A program made the position numbers and the translations under genes. The notes beneath the pieces are model-generated. The model did no database searches. It was not told the DNA's origin and saw only the letters and a program-made list of their open reading frames with translations. Below, in pieces: positions 60,360 to 64,000 of a DNA stretch of 64,000 bases. Numbering within the stretch: the first letter of the stretch is position 1; the number at the start of each line of letters is the position of its first letter. Origin of the DNA: Squalus acanthias (taxonomy: Eukaryota); contig CM059433.1 of assembly GCA_030390025.1 (NCBI GenBank), positions 30,382,001 through 30,446,000 of the forward strand, in the 5' to 3' direction.

Positions 60360-60745
60360 ATAAGAACATAAGAAATAGGAGTAGGCCATTCGGCCCATCG
60401 GGCCTGCTCTGCCATTCAATAAGATCATGGCTGATCTTCTACCTCAACTCCACTTTCCCACACGATCCCCATATCCCTTGATTCCCTTAATATCCAAATA
60501 CCTATCGATATCTTTCTTGAAAATAGCTCAACGACTAAACCTCCAAAGATTCACCACCCTCTGAGTGAGGGAATTTCTCCTCATCTCAGTCCTAAATGGC
60601 CGACCCCTATTTTGAGATTGCGACCCCTGGTTCTAGACTTCTCAGCCAGGGGAAACATCCTCCCTGTATCTACCCTGTAAGAATTTTGTATGTTTCAATG
60701 AGATCACCTCTCATTCTTCTAAACTCCAGAGAATATAGGCCTAGT
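60360..60745 (-). mobile_element. CR1 3' fragment
   Basis: Tail reads CATAAGAACATAAGAA on +, followed by GAGATCACCTCTCATTCTTCTAAACTCCAG. Confidence 0.8.
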
Positions 60746-60919
60746 CTAATCAATTAATAGGCCTAGTCTACTCATTTCTCTACTCGTTTCTGGTTCTGAT
60801 TTGCTTGGTGAGTCAGTTATGTCTCGTACTTTAAGACATCGTTCCTTTGGATAATGCTGCAAGTTACTTCTGAGGTGCAGCCTTTTTCTAACATGAACCC
60901 TGCAGATTAATGTCAGTGA

Positions 60920-61252
60920 TAACAACTTAGATTTATATAGCGCCTTTAACTTAGTAAAACATCCCAAGGCATTTCACAGGAGTGATTATCAAACAAAATT
61001 TGAGACCAAGCCACCTAAGGAGATATTAGGACAGGTAACCAATGGCTTAGTCAAAGAGATAGGTTTTGAGGAGCATCTTGAAGGAGGAGAGCGAGGTAGA
61101 GGCGGAGAGGTTTAGGCAGGGAGTTCCAGAACTTAGGGCCTAGTCAGCTGAAGGCAGGGCCGCCAATGGTGGTGCAATGAAAATTGGGGATGGGCAAGAG
61201 ATCAGAATTGGAGGAGCGCAAAGATCTCGGAAGGTTGTCGGGCTGGAGGAGT
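60920..61252 (-). mobile_element. L2 3' tail
   Basis: Matches the other L2 tails. Confidence 0.8.
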
Positions 61253-61966
61253 GATTGACACCTCCAGGCATGGTCAATGTTTTAAACTTGAAAATGTTAC
61301 TGTTTGATATCTGTATATATGTACATATCTCCCAATGGCCATGCTCATGGTGTATCAGAGATGAACTGTTTCATGATGAAAGGGGGATTCAGGTACATGT
61401 TATGATGTTCCCAGCTTGGAGCCATGAGTGTCATGAGTGCATGCTGGAATATCCCACGCACATAATTTTCTGTCCATATGGTAGGAAAATCGTGGGGTGC
61501 AAGTTCAATGTCCTGATATGGATTCCTGGTGGGTGAGGCTTTGCAAAACAGAATGTCTTATTCTTATGCTAAAGTGCAGGTAGGTGTCCCCTTAAGATTA
61601 CAAGCGTGTTAAGTAAACATTGGGTGAATTCATACAGAGGCTAACTGAGAAGCTGCAGATTTTCTGGCCTTGGTATTTTGTTTCTTTATACATTTTCGTA
61701 GCGTGCTACAGAAATTTGAGTGTGACACTTCAGATTACACAGAGAAGTGTAATGAACAAGAAATGTGAACTATATGTTCAACATTATCTATGTCAACTGT
61801 AACATAAAAACAATACAGCAATGTGCATTTTCTGTCCATTATGTCACACTTTTTGTGTCACACTTCTTTGTTATATTTATTTATAGGAATATTTATTTCA
61901 CCAAATTTCTTGTAGCTGATTCACTAATATGCAAATTGCATAGACTCAGAATTTTACAGCAGTGGA

Positions 61967-62300
61967 ACATAGGAACAGGAGTCGGCCATTCTGCTCCTCG
62001 GGCCTGTTCCGCCATTCAATTAGATCACGGCTGATCTGTATCTTAACTTCATCTACCAGCCTTGGTTCCGTAACCCTTAATACCCTTGCCTAACAAAAAT
62101 CTATCGATCTCAGTTTTGAGATTTTCAATTGACCCCCAGCCTCAACAGCTTTTTGGGGGAGAGAGTTCCAGATTTCCACTACCCTTTGTGTGAAGAAGTG
62201 CTTCATCACCCCTGCACGGCCTAGCTCTAATTTTAAGGTTATGCCCCCTTGTTCTGGACTCCCCCGCCAGAGGAAATAGTTTCTCTCTATTTATCCTATC
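61967..62300 (-). mobile_element. CR1 3' fragment
   Basis: Reverse complement of 39285-39622. Confidence 0.8.
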
Positions 62301-62579
62301 AGCTCCTAATTAAAGCCTAATGCTCAGTTGTGAGTTGGCATGTTGCGTCTTCAAACAGATGTCAGGTATATGGTGTGCCTGTTATTTATTCATTTCCCAC
62401 AATCTAGTAAGAAAAGCCAACCATTTGAGTCTTGCGGTTGTTACTAAAACGTCTGGACTCAGTGAGCAGAGTTTGAGTGTTTGTGCATCACTGTATGTGC
62501 CGTTAAACTCTAATAGCACGTTGTTCTTTGCCCATACATTCCAACGGGCCTACCTTTTCATCTATACTTATGTAAAATT

Positions 62580-63590
62580 ACATTGGATTACACAGGATAT
62601 GCAGCACAGAAACAGGCCATTTGGCCCAACCAGTCCATGCCGGCGTTTATGCTCCATTTGAGCCTCCTCTGTCTTTCCTCATCTAAATCTATCAGCATAA
62701 CCCTCTATTCCCTTCTCCCTCATATGCTTATCTAACCGCCCCTTAAATGCATCTATACTATTTGCTTCAACCACTCCCTGTGGTGGCGAGTTCCACATTC
62801 TCACCACTCTTTGGGTAAAGAGGTTTCCTCTGAATTCCCTATTGGATTTCTTGGTAACTATCTTATATTGATGGCCTCTAGTTTTGCTCTTCCCCACAAG
62901 TGGAAACATTCTCTCTGTATCCACTCTATCAAAACCTTTCATAATTTTAAAGACCTCTATTAGGTCACCCCTCAGCCTTTTTTCAACAGAAAAGAGACCC
63001 AGCCTGTTCATCCTTTCCTGATATGTATACCCTCGCATTTCTGGTATTATCCTTGTAAATCTTCTCTGCACCCTCTCCAGTGCCTCTATATCCTTTTTAT
63101 AATATGGCAACCAGAACTGAACGCAGTACTCTAAGTGTGGTCTAACCAAGGTTCGATACAGGTTTAGCATAACTTCCCTACCTTTCAATTCTATCCCTCT
63201 AGAAATAAACCCTAGTGTTTGGTTTCCTTTTTTTTATAGCATTGCTAACCTGCGTCGCAACTTTTAGTGATTTGTGTATTTGTACTCCGAGATCCCTTTG
63301 TTCCTCTACCCCAACTAGACTCGCACCCTCCAAGTAATAAGTGACCTCCTTCTTCCTACCAAAATGTAATACCTCACATTTTTCTGTGTTGAACTTCATT
63401 TGCCAAATATTTGCCCATTCTGCAAGTTTATAAATGTAATTTGTTGCAGTCCTCCTCAGTATTGACTATCTCCCCCAATTTGGTGTCATCCGCAAATTTA
63501 GAAATTTTGTTTTTGATTCCAAAATCTAAATCATTAATGTAAATTGTGAACAGCAGTGGTCCCAGCACTGATCCTTGTGGAACACCACTA
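62580..63590 (-). mobile_element. 5'-truncated CR1 LINE
   Basis: ORFs 63199-63399 and 62679-63188: FNTEKCEVLHFG, LYRTLVRPHLEYCVQFW, RLRGDLIEVFKIM. Confidence 0.9.
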
Positions 63591-64000
63591 CTGTAGGCTT
63601 CGCAAAATCCCCCAGAAACTCGAACAGAACCCTAAAAGGGGTGATTCTTGGATTTTTTTATACAAATTTGGGATGATGGGACCTAAGTGAAGTGATTTGA
63701 GGTAAAAACCTCAGTTTTGGACATTCTTAAGGATCAGGGAAGAAAACCCCTGAGGAAAATGACTTTGGATATTTTACTATTGGGAAAAAACACCTTTCAC
63801 AGAGACAAGACAGGCTGTGGAGGGGTGTGGCGAGGCAGTGGACAGCTTTTGGTTATTGGGGCCCAGTCAAGCTGTCTGGAGAATGTTTGCACTGCAATCC
63901 AACCAGGGAGGAAGAGCCTGACCCAAAACCTCATATACACATCCAAATATGAATAATCCAAGACCCCTTTTGAATATCCCCAGGCCCAAACAGGATGCTA

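Overview
Eukaryotic, repeat-rich vertebrate DNA. The repeat inventory (Deu-domain SINEs, CR1 LINEs with ATTCTATG tails, L2 fragments) points to a cartilaginous fish, probably a shark; the species cannot be determined. The window lies inside a large minus-strand gene that I recognise as EYS (eyes shut homolog). Two internal coding exons are visible, 39053-39161 (109 bp) and 33932-34152 (221 bp), encoding the end of a laminin-G domain and the start of an EGF repeat. The rest is intronic and mostly transposon-derived: CR1, L2 and a second CR1-group LINE, DeuSINEs, an LF-SINE-like relic, a CsRn1-clade Gypsy LTR element, a hAT deletion derivative, and about a dozen Harbinger-type MITEs (GG..CC TIRs, 3-bp TSDs). 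The most notable observations are: (1) a ~700-bp inverted duplication bracketing the 221-bp EYS exon, whose two arms carry different Harbinger-type MITEs at the same nucleotide; (2) recurrent consensus 5' splice donors and promoter-like motifs inside the MITEs; (3) a young, CpG-rich CsRn1-type Gypsy with intact TSD but an almost completely deleted 3' LTR; (4) a multi-layer nested TE stack with two Penelope-like inserts at the same CR1 position. Repeat boundaries are read by eye and approximate unless a TSD or TIR is quoted. No database searches were run.
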